The position numbers and the translations under genes are program-made. Below are positions 7,237-15,143 of a stretch of DNA of 52,385 nucleotides, piece after piece. The first letter of the stretch is position 1; the number at the start of each line of letters is the position of its first letter. Source of the stretch: a virus (lineage: Duplodnaviria > Caudoviricetes); IMG/VR virus record IMGVR_UViG_3300044691_000213, positions 1 to 52,385 of that record, one strand, 5' to 3'. The notes beneath the pieces were generated by a model that ran no database searches, was not told the DNA's origin, and saw only the letters and a list, made by a program, of their open reading frames with translations.

Positions 7237-8564
7237 GCCCGCTCGTATACGGCAGCGTCTGCAGCGGGATCGAAGCGGCGACCGTTGCATGGCATCCGCT
7301 CGGCTGGCGCCCAGCCTTCTTCAGCGAGATCGAGGCGTTCCCCCGCGCGGTGCTGTCTCACCATTATCCGGCCGTACCGCTTCACGGCGACTTCACCACC
7401 ATTGAGGCGGGCCAGTATGACCCAATTGAGCTTCTTGTCGGCGGAACCCCCTGCCAGAGCTTCAGCATCGCCGGGCTCCGTGGGGGACTGGGAGACGACC
7501 GTGGTAACTTGGCCCTCGAATATCTTCGGCTGGCTGACCGCCTGCGGCCCCAGTGGCTGGTTTGGGAGAACGTGCCCGGCGTCCTGTCATCGAACGGAGG
7601 ACGGGATTTTGGAGCCATTCTCGGGGGCTTGGTCGAACTCGGGTATGGGTTCGCCTACCGAGTGCTTGACGCTCAGCACTTTGGAGTTCCCCAGCGACGG
7701 CGTCGCGTCTTCGTTGTCGGATATCTTGGAGACTGGCGACCTGCCGCAGCGGTACTTTTTGAGCGCCACAGCCTGCAAGGGCATATTGCGCCGCGCCGCC
7801 AAACGCGGGAAAGCGCTACCGAAGGCGCTCAACGATGCTCTTTCGCAATCGGCTCACATGCTGGAGCGGCCGATGGAGATCAAAGCAATAGATCCCATGC
7901 AGCAGGAGGCCCGGTAGGATTAAATATCAGCGATGAACTCGCCTATAGCCTAAGAGCCGGCCGCAATCAATCGGGCGCATTCGGCGGAAATAACACGCGC
8001 GGTCCGATCGATGTGGCATGCGCCTTGAACGCCTCCGGCACCGCCTCCGGCAGAATGGACTTCGAGAGCGAAACCTTCATCGTCGGCACGCTGAATGCCA
8101 ACGGGAAAGCGGCCGGGAGCGCCACACAGCAGGATGCCGAGAGCGGCATGCTCATCACTCACGCGCTGACCGCCAACGGCTTTGACGCTAGCGAGGACGG
8201 GACGGGGCGGGGCACGCCGCTCGTACCGGTCGCGTTCTCCTGCAAGGACCATGGTGCCGACGCGGGCAGCATATCGCCGACCCTACGCTCTATGGGCTTC
8301 TCCGGCAGCCACGCCAATGCTGGTGGACAGGTCGCGGTTCAGAATCACGCTGGCGTCCGCCGCCTGACGCCACGCGAGTGCGAACGGCTCCAGGGCTTCC
8401 CCGACGATTACACAGCCGTCCCGTATCGCGGAAAGATCGCCGCAGACGGACCCCGGTATAAGGCCCTTGGAAATTCCATGGCGGTTCCCTGCATGTCCTG
8501 GATCGGCCAGAGAATTGAACTCGTGCGCGCCATCCTAGCTCAGCATAAGGCGCGAGCAGCATGA
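7233..8564 (+). CDS. C5-cytosine DNA methyltransferase
   Basis: Motifs SVCSGIEA, GGTPCQSFS, WENVPG, PQRRRRVF, RRLTPRECERLQGFP, YKALGNS. Confidence 0.96.
   Translation: MSPLVYGSVCSGIEAATVAWHPLGWRPAFFSEIEAFPRAVLSHHYPAVPLHGDFTTIEAGQYDPIELLVGGTPCQSFSIAGLRGGLGDDRGNLALEYLRLADRLRPQWLVWENVPGVLSSNGGRDFGAILGGLVELGYGFAYRVLDAQHFGVPQRRRRVFVVGYLGDWRPAAAVLFERHSLQGHIAPRRQTRESATEGAQRCSFAIGSHAGAADGDQSNRSHAAGGPVGLNISDELAYSLRAGRNQSGAFGGNNTRGPIDVACALNASGTASGRMDFESETFIVGTLNANGKAAGSATQQDAESGMLITHALTANGFDASEDGTGRGTPLVPVAFSCKDHGADAGSISPTLRSMGFSGSHANAGGQVAVQNHAGVRRLTPRECERLQGFPDDYTAVPYRGKIAADGPRYKALGNSMAVPCMSWIGQRIELVRAILAQHKARAA
7417..7917 (+). CDS. Nested alternative-frame ORF resembling the beta polypeptide of M.EcoHK31I
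   Basis: WSNSGM...ECLTLSTLEFPS...SLSDILETGDLPQRYFLS...ILRRAAKRGKALP; GAGG RBS before ATG 7417; recalled similarity, not searched. Confidence 0.6.
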   Translation: MTQLSFLSAEPPARASASPGSVGDWETTVVTWPSNIFGWLTACGPSGWFGRTCPASCHRTEDGILEPFSGAWSNSGMGSPTECLTLSTLEFPSDGVASSLSDILETGDLPQRYFLSATACKGILRRAAKRGKALPKALNDALSQSAHMLERPMEIKAIDPMQQEAR

Positions 8565-8573
8565 CCGCCGTGA

Positions 8574-8756
8574 TTATTCATCAAGCGGTCCAAACCGCTC
8601 AATATAGCGCGTCAGCGGTTCGGCCATGGGATCAACGCGCCTGCGTTCGTCCTCCCAATTCCGATAGGTCTGGACGGGCTTGTTCATCGCGCGCGCGGCT
8701 TGAACTTCGCTCAACCCAAGCCGTAGCCGCCACGCGCGGAGATCTTCGGCAGTCAT
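8574..8756 (-). CDS. Small XRE-type HTH protein
   Basis: MTAEDLRAWRLRLGLSEVQAARAMNKPVQTYRNWED. Confidence 0.8.
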   Translation of the reverse strand: MTAEDLRAWRLRLGLSEVQAARAMNKPVQTYRNWEDERRRVDPMAEPLTRYIERFGPLDE

Positions 8757-8962
8757 TGCGCGGTAACGACGCGAAGATCACCGAGCATGTGGTTCATGAT
8801 GAACTTCCCGTCCTTCATGCTCACGAGGCGAGCGTACGACCACGGGCTGTTGTCGGTCTGGAAGATGTCCGCAACCCGCAGGGCTTGGCTGCAACCATCA
8901 GCCGTCTTCACGACATCTCCGACCTTCGCGTCTTCAGCTACCAGCGCCATTTCGATCTCCAC
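8753..8962 (-). CDS. Small hypothetical protein coupled to the HTH gene
   Basis: ATGA overlap; own promoter and operators upstream. Confidence 0.55.
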   Translation of the reverse strand: MEIEMALVAEDAKVGDVVKTADGCSQALRVADIFQTDNSPWSYARLVSMKDGKFIMNHMLGDLRVVTAQ

Positions 8963-8993
8963 CGTTGCGCCTCAGCGCGTTGTTCATGGAGAG

Positions 8994-9047
8994 AATATGC
9001 GCCAATGGGACATGTTCGTCAATCGAATAAATGCGCCATTGGGATAT
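8994..9047 (-). promoter_or_regulatory. Sigma70-like promoter overlapped by two 17-bp operator-like repeats
   Basis: Minus-strand TTGACG (9022-9017) N17 CATATT; ATGCGCCAATGGGACAT at 8997-9013 and ATGCGCCATTGGGATAT at 9031-9047. Confidence 0.6.
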
Positions 9048-9103
9048 TTTTTGGGAACGTCTTGTCTCCGTCCTCCCCCTCTGTAGTGGTGGGGGACTGA
9101 CCC

Positions 9104-9331
9104 TTGAACCCCTCCCATATCATCACCCCCTCCCCAGAGCAGGAAGCCGCATCCGTGGCATTCGAGCATGCCGCCTGGTGGCGCCTACGCGGGCTTACGG
9201 CTGCCGAGGCATGCGACGCCCTCGGGATAGCCCACGACTGCCATTGGGACCGCGTTGAGCAAGCCCTGCGCAGGCGGTGGCGTGAGGCGGTCCAGACCAA
9301 GGCGCAGAGCGCACGTAGGAGCGCCGCGTGA
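9104..9331 (+). CDS. Hypothetical protein
   Basis: Coupled by GTGA overlap to the replication gene. Confidence 0.45.
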   Translation: MNPSHIITPSPEQEAASVAFEHAAWWRLRGLTAAEACDALGIAHDCHWDRVEQALRRRWREAVQTKAQSARRSAA

Positions 9332-10215
9332 GCAAGCCAAAGTACATCTCGATTTCGATTGCCGAGTTCCTGGCCGATATCGCAGGCGAAGTCGATCTCG
9401 CCGAGTTGGGCGCCTATTGGCTCGTCTGCCTGCTCATTTACAGCCGCGCGGACGCGATTAAAGACGATCCGGAATGGATCTCTGGGAAGCTCCGGAAGGT
9501 CAATCCGAGGACCGTCCGGGCCGCTATCGACGGCCTGGTTCGCATGGGGAAAGTGACGCGAATTGACGGCGAACTGATGGTGAACCGGTGTCGAACCGAG
9601 ATCGAACGCACCACGAACCGCATTCGAACCGCGTCTGAAAACGGATCTAATGGCGGCAGACCTTCAAAGAAAACAACGACTTCCGAAACCGAAGCCTTAA
9701 TTTACGAAAAAACTATAGTGAAGGTGAATGAAGGTAAGGGTGAAGAAGAAGAACCAGTAGCTAACGCTATTGTTGTGCGATCCGCACCAAAATCTTCCTC
9801 GATAGACGAATCAGAATTCCAGGAATTCTACAACGTGTTTCCGCTCCACAAGGCGAGAGGGGGCGCCCTGAAGGCCTACCTGTCCGCTCGCAAGAAAGGC
9901 GCCAGCCATGAAATCCTTGTCCGAGGCGCTGCCAGCTATGCCGACCATTGCCGACGAACCGGAACCACGAAGCAATTCACCGCGCACCCCGCTACTTGGC
10001 TCAACGAACAGCGCTGGCTTGACGATCTCTCCGACGATCAACCCGCTTGCGCTCGTCCAGGCAGACCGACCGGAGGATACCGACAAGGCGGTCGAAGCGA
10101 TGTTGAAATCATTGCCGACCTTGTCGCTGAGGCCGAGCGGCAGGAGCAAGGTGGGGGATTACGGCTGGGAGACGACGACGACGGGTTTTTCGGTGGGCTC
10201 CGCGTTGTCTCGTGA
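9328..10215 (+). CDS. Phage replication initiation protein (DUF1376/YdaU-like N-terminus)
   Basis: ISIAEFLAD...ELGAYWLVCLLIY; ASENGSNGGRP; C-terminal FQEFYNVFP...HPATWLNEQRWLD. Confidence 0.82.
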   Translation: MSKPKYISISIAEFLADIAGEVDLAELGAYWLVCLLIYSRADAIKDDPEWISGKLRKVNPRTVRAAIDGLVRMGKVTRIDGELMVNRCRTEIERTTNRIRTASENGSNGGRPSKKTTTSETEALIYEKTIVKVNEGKGEEEEPVANAIVVRSAPKSSSIDESEFQEFYNVFPLHKARGGALKAYLSARKKGASHEILVRGAASYADHCRRTGTTKQFTAHPATWLNEQRWLDDLSDDQPACARPGRPTGGYRQGGRSDVEIIADLVAEAERQEQGGGLRLGDDDDGFFGGLRVVS

Positions 10216-10588
10216 CCACGCCGCGATGGCCCTGCGCACCCTGGATGCAGCGTGCCAGCCGCTGGCGAAGTCGGAGGTGCTGAAAGAACTCGGCGCCCTC
10301 CGATCTCTCACCAAAATCAAGGATGCCGGTGAGGGCAGTTCTGAATTCCAGATCCGTGTCTATGCCCGGAAGCTCTCGGTTTACCCGGCCGACGCGGTCA
10401 GGTTCGCGCTGCGCCAATGGGCGGATTATTCGCCTTGGTGGCCGTCCTGGCATGAGTTGAAATCCGGCCTCGATCAACTCTGCGAAACCCGCCTGATGAA
10501 GCGCGACGCCCTGCGCCTGGTCGTGGAGGCACACGAAACGGCTGCCGAGAAGCAGCGCCAGATCGAGATGGAGGCGCCCCGTGGCTAA
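10100..10588 (+). CDS. Replication accessory protein (helicase-loader/P-like position)
   Basis: YARKLSVYPADAVRFALRQW...WWPSWHEL motif; start uncertain (frame open from 9908). Confidence 0.6.
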   Translation: MLKSLPTLSLRPSGRSKVGDYGWETTTTGFSVGSALSRDHAAMALRTLDAACQPLAKSEVLKELGALRSLTKIKDAGEGSSEFQIRVYARKLSVYPADAVRFALRQWADYSPWWPSWHELKSGLDQLCETRLMKRDALRLVVEAHETAAEKQRQIEMEAPRG

Positions 10589-10802
10589 GACCAACCTATT
10601 TGACCACAAGCACCCGGCATCGCCGCTGTTCGAACTCGACGTCGGCGACGAGTGGATCGCCCGCATGGTTGGCTACAACGAAGGCCGCCGCTGGCTGACA
10701 TGGTTATGGGGGCCGGCGCCCGGAGAGCCTGGATGCACCGTGCCCCGTGAACTGTTGGGCGCGATCACATGGCGGGACACCAAGACGGGGAGGGCGGCTT
10801 GA
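10581..10802 (+). CDS. Hypothetical protein
   Basis: GGAGG RBS and GTG start. Confidence 0.55.
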   Translation: MAKTNLFDHKHPASPLFELDVGDEWIARMVGYNEGRRWLTWLWGPAPGEPGCTVPRELLGAITWRDTKTGRAA

Positions 10803-10972
10803 TGCCACTCGCATTCGTCTTAGTCGCCGTTCTCATGAGCGGACCAATGTCCCCGGCCTACTTCGCCACCTCTATCGCATGCGGGGAGGCAAAGGCTTGG
10901 ATCATCCGAAATCATGGGCAAGCCGAATGCTTCCCCACTGGCGCCGCAACAATCTCTCACCTTGAGGAATGA
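10802..10972 (+). CDS. Small protein with hydrophobic N-terminus
   Basis: TGATG coupling; MPLAFVLVAVLMSG...C..C. Confidence 0.5.
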   Translation: MPLAFVLVAVLMSGPMSPAYFATSIACGEAKAWIIRNHGQAECFPTGAATISHLEE

Positions 10973-10975
10973 CCG

Positions 10976-11182
10976 ATGATCCGCACAATTATCAGCCTTG
11001 TTCGACGGTTGCTGCGACTTCGTCCCAGATATCGTTTCGTTGAACGCACGGGAGGGCGCGCATTGGTGACGAGCGATTATATCACCAAGCGCGAGATCGC
11101 CAGACTCAAAGACGATTGGGCTAACAAGCGATATGCCAATTACGGCATCCCGGCCGAAATAATTGCCAAGTTCGAGGAATAG
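10976..11182 (+). CDS. Hypothetical protein
   Basis: GAGG RBS; in operon. Confidence 0.5.
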   Translation: MIRTIISLVRRLLRLRPRYRFVERTGGRALVTSDYITKREIARLKDDWANKRYANYGIPAEIIAKFEE

Positions 11183-11185
11183 CAC

Positions 11186-11746
11186 ATGACCAAGCGCCGC
11201 GGCCGACCAAGAGCCAGCACAGTCAAGCGTGAATCGAACGGGCAGAAGCTCCGATCCGCGCCCGTCAAACCGGAATTCGTCGTCGCGCAGAGGGAATCAC
11301 TCGTGGGGAAAGATCAAGCCACCAATCCGATCGCGGGCCAGCCGATCGGCATCCTGCTACTCAACAAATTCGTGACGCAGGCGCAGTTCCTAGCGGCCGA
11401 TAATTTCGAGCGCGACTGGAAGCGCTGGATCTCACTCACTGGCGCAGGACCGCACCACACGAGGGCAACGGAGCGCGACGGCGGGGGTATGGGGCAAGAT
11501 CCGAGCGATGCATCGTATAGCCGCGCCAGGATCGCTCACGAGGGCGCCTCGGCATGCCTGAACGCCTGTGAGCAATCCAAGCTCATCTGGTCAATTCTCG
11601 ACACGTTGCTGATGGAATGCGTGTTGCCCCATACATGGAAGACCGCATCCGGCCTCGTGCTGCCGGACATCGTCACCGTGGCGCTGCGTCGTGGATTGGA
11701 TGCGCTGTGTCGGCATTATCGGATCAAAGAGGAGCGCGCGGCATGA
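11186..11746 (+). CDS. Putative late-gene regulator (Q/activator position)
   Basis: KRRGRPR N-terminus, TQAQFLAADNF, C-terminal LRRGLDALCRHY; lies just before the late promoter. Confidence 0.55.
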   Translation: MTKRRGRPRASTVKRESNGQKLRSAPVKPEFVVAQRESLVGKDQATNPIAGQPIGILLLNKFVTQAQFLAADNFERDWKRWISLTGAGPHHTRATERDGGGMGQDPSDASYSRARIAHEGASACLNACEQSKLIWSILDTLLMECVLPHTWKTASGLVLPDIVTVALRRGLDALCRHYRIKEERAA

Positions 11747-11997
11747 AAAAATCACCACCCGACGATCAACGGCCCCGCACCATGGAAGACATGGCCGCGC
11801 TTCCGGAAGGCCCGGAGTTTGGCCAGACGGATATCATTGTGAACGGCCTCAAAGTCGTTATTCCGGTCGCCCCTGCGGTTATGACGTTCTGGTCAGAAGA
11901 GGGCGACCCTCTCAGCTATAGAGATGCCGACCATGTCCACTGGAGCCTAGGCCGCTACGCCGATGGGCGCTGGTATCGGCAGAGGCGCGAATCATGA
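11743..11997 (+). CDS. Hypothetical protein
   Basis: GAGGAG RBS, ATGA overlap. Confidence 0.55.
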   Translation: MKKSPPDDQRPRTMEDMAALPEGPEFGQTDIIVNGLKVVIPVAPAVMTFWSEEGDPLSYRDADHVHWSLGRYADGRWYRQRRES

Positions 11998-12037
11998 CGT
12001 TCCATGGCGATTGATACGCCATCCGTTGCGTAAGGGC

Positions 12038-12065
12038 TTGACGCCGCCGCAACATCGTGTATTCT
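12038..12065 (+). promoter_or_regulatory. Putative late promoter (pR'-like)
   Basis: TTGACG-N16-TATTCT in an AT-rich gap upstream of the packaging genes. Confidence 0.5.
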
Positions 12066-12464
12066 GTGATTAATAGATGCTGAGTAATTGCGCCTGATTG
12101 GGAAACTGGTCGGGCGCAATCGCATTTCGGGGCATGTGATGAGCGCACGGATGTACGCATTCGGCCGAAGCCCATCCAAGTCGTTCCGTTCCGGCCGAGC
12201 TGCCAAGCACTACGAGGCAGAGAGCCGCACCGCTGTGCCGCGCGCTGTCATGGGCACCATCCAGGCATGGCGGCACAGCGACGGCTTCGCGGCGATGCCT
12301 AAGCACATGTCGTGGATATGGTTCAGCGCAGCCGCATAGAGATCCGCCCGTCATCGGGCAACGAGTTGAGACGGCCAGCACCGCGCCCCAATGATCCCAC
12401 GGGACAGGGCATGAACGGAATCGTTCGACGGGTCGCACGCCGCCTCATTCAACACGAGGGAAAT

Positions 12465-12788
12465 GTGACCCTCACCAACCTTCTCCCCCGCATAGCCACA
12501 CTGGATGTCAGGACCGCCATCCCGGCAGCCAAGAAGGCCGAGCCGTTCTACCTCACGCCCGCATGGCGCAAGCTGATAGCGGAGATCATCGAGAAGCGCG
12601 GGCGCATCTGTCAGCACTGCGGTAAGAAGGGATGTAGGATCTTCGGCGACCACGTGGAGGAACTGAAGGACGGCGGGGAAGCGCTCGATGAGAGCAACGT
12701 CGAACTGTTGTGCGGTGGCTGCCATACGCGCAAGACCGCGAAGGCCAGGGCAGCACGCATGCAAGCGCCCGCATTGAGCACCACATAG
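12465..12788 (+). CDS. Packaging-associated HNH endonuclease (HK97 gp74-like)
   Basis: FYLTPAWRKL...CQHC...DHVEELKDGG...NVELLCGGCH; directly before terS. Confidence 0.88.
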   Translation: MTLTNLLPRIATLDVRTAIPAAKKAEPFYLTPAWRKLIAEIIEKRGRICQHCGKKGCRIFGDHVEELKDGGEALDESNVELLCGGCHTRKTAKARAARMQAPALSTT

Positions 12789-13032
12789 GGGATGCGAGAC
12801 GCGCCCGGCCCATCAAATAAGGATGGTGACCGCAGCCATGCGCGTGTGACATCCACGTTGCACGACACCATGCGTTTGACGCGGGGCATGGTGGCACAAT
12901 TCTTGCCGACCTTGGGATGAAACAACCGCTCATGGGGCCATTTGGACAAAATCCATGCCGGTCTGATTTTTCCCGGCAGTTTTGCTTGGGTTGCCATCCA
13001 GACCGCCTTTGATTTGACCGGAGTTCTTTGAA
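12789..13032. other. Probable cos/packaging-initiation region
   Basis: Non-coding gap between the HNH and terS genes, the usual cos position in HK97-like phages; exact site not identified. Confidence 0.35.
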
Positions 13033-13395
13033 ATGCCGCGAGGGGGATATCGACCGAATGCCGGGCGGCCGAAGGGCTCGACCAAGGCATCGATCGCGGC
13101 AAAGAAGGCTGCTCCTAAAATCGTCAGGCCAACCCCGTTGAAAGCGGAAGCCACATCCGATCCGGCGACGGACACGAGCCTGGATTATCTCATGCAGGTT
13201 ATCCGCGGCGAGGTTCATGCCACGTCTGAGGAAAGGTTGCGCGCGGCCATCGCGGCGCTCCCCTTCCAGCATCCGAAGTTGGCCGAAGCGCAGGGCGGGA
13301 AAAAGACCGCTGCGGCGGATGCTGCCAAGACGGCTGGTGCCGGAAGGTTCGCTCCACCGTCCGCGCCAAAGCTGGTCGCCGATAACACGAAGTGA
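13033..13395 (+). CDS. terS: Terminase small subunit
   Basis: MPRGGYRPNAGRPKGS; LDYLMQV...RLRAAIAALPFQHPKL; overlaps the terL start. Confidence 0.85.
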   Translation: MPRGGYRPNAGRPKGSTKASIAAKKAAPKIVRPTPLKAEATSDPATDTSLDYLMQVIRGEVHATSEERLRAAIAALPFQHPKLAEAQGGKKTAAADAAKTAGAGRFAPPSAPKLVADNTK

Positions 13396-15143
13396 AGGAT
13401 TGGGATACGGCCTGCCCCGACTGGCAAGAGCGCATAGTCGAGGGGCGGGGGCTGATCCCGTTCAAACCGCTGTTTCCCCAGGAGGCCGCAGCGGCCGGCG
13501 ATGTGTTCCGGCAGTTGCAGATCGTCGACGCGCCCGGAAGCCCGATGATCGGCGACGCCTGCCGGCCATGGGTGTTCGATTTCTGCGATGCCGTCTTCGG
13601 CGCCTACGATGCGGAATCCGGTCGGCGGCTGATCCGAGAATTCTTCCTCCTGGTGAGCAAGAAGAATTCCAAATCGACCATCGCCGCAGCGATCATGTTG
13701 ACGGCCCTGCTGCGGAACTGGCGGATCTCGGGCGAGTTCATCATCCTCGCGCCGACGATCGAGATCGCGGACAATTCGTTCAAGCCGGCCTCGGACATGA
13801 TCCGGGCCAACGAGGAACTGTCGCAACTCCTTCACGTGCAGTCGCACATCCGCACGATCACGCACAAGACCACGGGCGCCACGCTCAAGTCGGTTGCGGC
13901 CGATAATGAGACGGTCGGCGGCAAGAAGGCAATCGGCGTGCTGGTCGACGAGTTATGGTTGTTCGGCAAACGGCCGAATGCGGAGAACATGCTGCGCGAG
14001 GCGTGCGGCGGTCTGGCGTCCAGGCCAGAAGGCTTCGTAATCTACCTGTCGACGCAGTCGGACGATCCTCCGGCCGGCATCTTCCGGCAGAAGTTGAACT
14101 ACTTCAGGGGCGTGCGGGACGGACGGATCAAGGACAAGAAATCGCTCGGCGTGCTCTACGAGTTCCCGGATGCGATGCTGCAGGCCAAAGCCGAACGGTT
14201 GCCGCAAAACTTCCATATCACGAACCCAAACATCGGCGCCTCGGTCGACGAGGAATTCCTCGAAAGCGAATATCTGAAGGCCGAGCAGGGTGGCGAGGAA
14301 TCGCTCCGCGGCTTCCTGGCGAAACATCTGAACGTCGAGATCGGGCTCGCGCTGCGGTCTGATCGTTGGACCGGCGCGGATCTCTGGGAAGCGGCCGGCG
14401 ATAGGGCTCTCACCCTGGAAAGCCTGATCGAGCGCTCGGAAGTTGTGACGGCCGGCATCGACGGCGGCGGCCTTGATGATCTTCTCGGGTTGGCCTTCAT
14501 CGGCCGCGATGCCGAAACGCAGAAGTGGCTGCATTGGTCGCACGCCTGGGCGCACAAGATGGTGTTGAAGCGTCGGCAATCTGAGGCGCCGTTGCTCCGG
14601 GATCTTGAACGGAACGGCGAGTTGACGATCGTCGATGAATTGCCGGACGACGTGACCGAGTTGGTTGAGTTCGTCCAACAGGTCGAGGAATCCGGCAAAC
14701 TCTCCGGCGTCGGCCTCGATCCCATGGGCGTCGGCGCGATCGTTGACGCATTGGAAGCGATCGGGATCAACGGCGAGCGCGTCGTTGGCATTCCGCAGGG
14801 CTGGCAGATGATGGGCGCGATCAAGACGACGGAGCGCAAGCTGTCGGATCGGACGTTCATCCACGGCCTGCAGCAGTTGATGAGTTGGGCGGTCTCGAAT
14901 GCGCGGGTCGAGCCCCGCGGCAACGCGATCACGATCACGAAACAGGCGGCCGGCACGGGCAAGATCGATCCGCTGATGGCGACATTTGACGCGGTCGCGC
15001 TGATGTCGCGCAATCCGGAGGCTCGCAACGGCCGGTCGGTCTACGAAGAGATCGCCGCCTCAAACGCCGCAGCCAGAGAGCAAGCGCCGGCAGCCGCCGT
15101 GCCAGTGAGAAGAAGGGGCGGCTGGGAAGATGAAGATCTCTGA
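13392..15143 (+). CDS. terL: Terminase large subunit (Terminase_1 type)
   Basis: Walker A LVSKKNSKST, Walker B VLVDELW, YLSTQ; nuclease GIDGGGLDD...KIDPLMA. Confidence 0.96.
   Translation: MKDWDTACPDWQERIVEGRGLIPFKPLFPQEAAAAGDVFRQLQIVDAPGSPMIGDACRPWVFDFCDAVFGAYDAESGRRLIREFFLLVSKKNSKSTIAAAIMLTALLRNWRISGEFIILAPTIEIADNSFKPASDMIRANEELSQLLHVQSHIRTITHKTTGATLKSVAADNETVGGKKAIGVLVDELWLFGKRPNAENMLREACGGLASRPEGFVIYLSTQSDDPPAGIFRQKLNYFRGVRDGRIKDKKSLGVLYEFPDAMLQAKAERLPQNFHITNPNIGASVDEEFLESEYLKAEQGGEESLRGFLAKHLNVEIGLALRSDRWTGADLWEAAGDRALTLESLIERSEVVTAGIDGGGLDDLLGLAFIGRDAETQKWLHWSHAWAHKMVLKRRQSEAPLLRDLERNGELTIVDELPDDVTELVEFVQQVEESGKLSGVGLDPMGVGAIVDALEAIGINGERVVGIPQGWQMMGAIKTTERKLSDRTFIHGLQQLMSWAVSNARVEPRGNAITITKQAAGTGKIDPLMATFDAVALMSRNPEARNGRSVYEEIAASNAAAREQAPAAAVPVRRRGGWEDEDL

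Noticed and set aside
6368-8564. Restriction-modification system
   Set aside because: Two methyltransferases but no adjacent cognate restriction endonuclease; orphan anti-restriction MTases are common in temperate phages.
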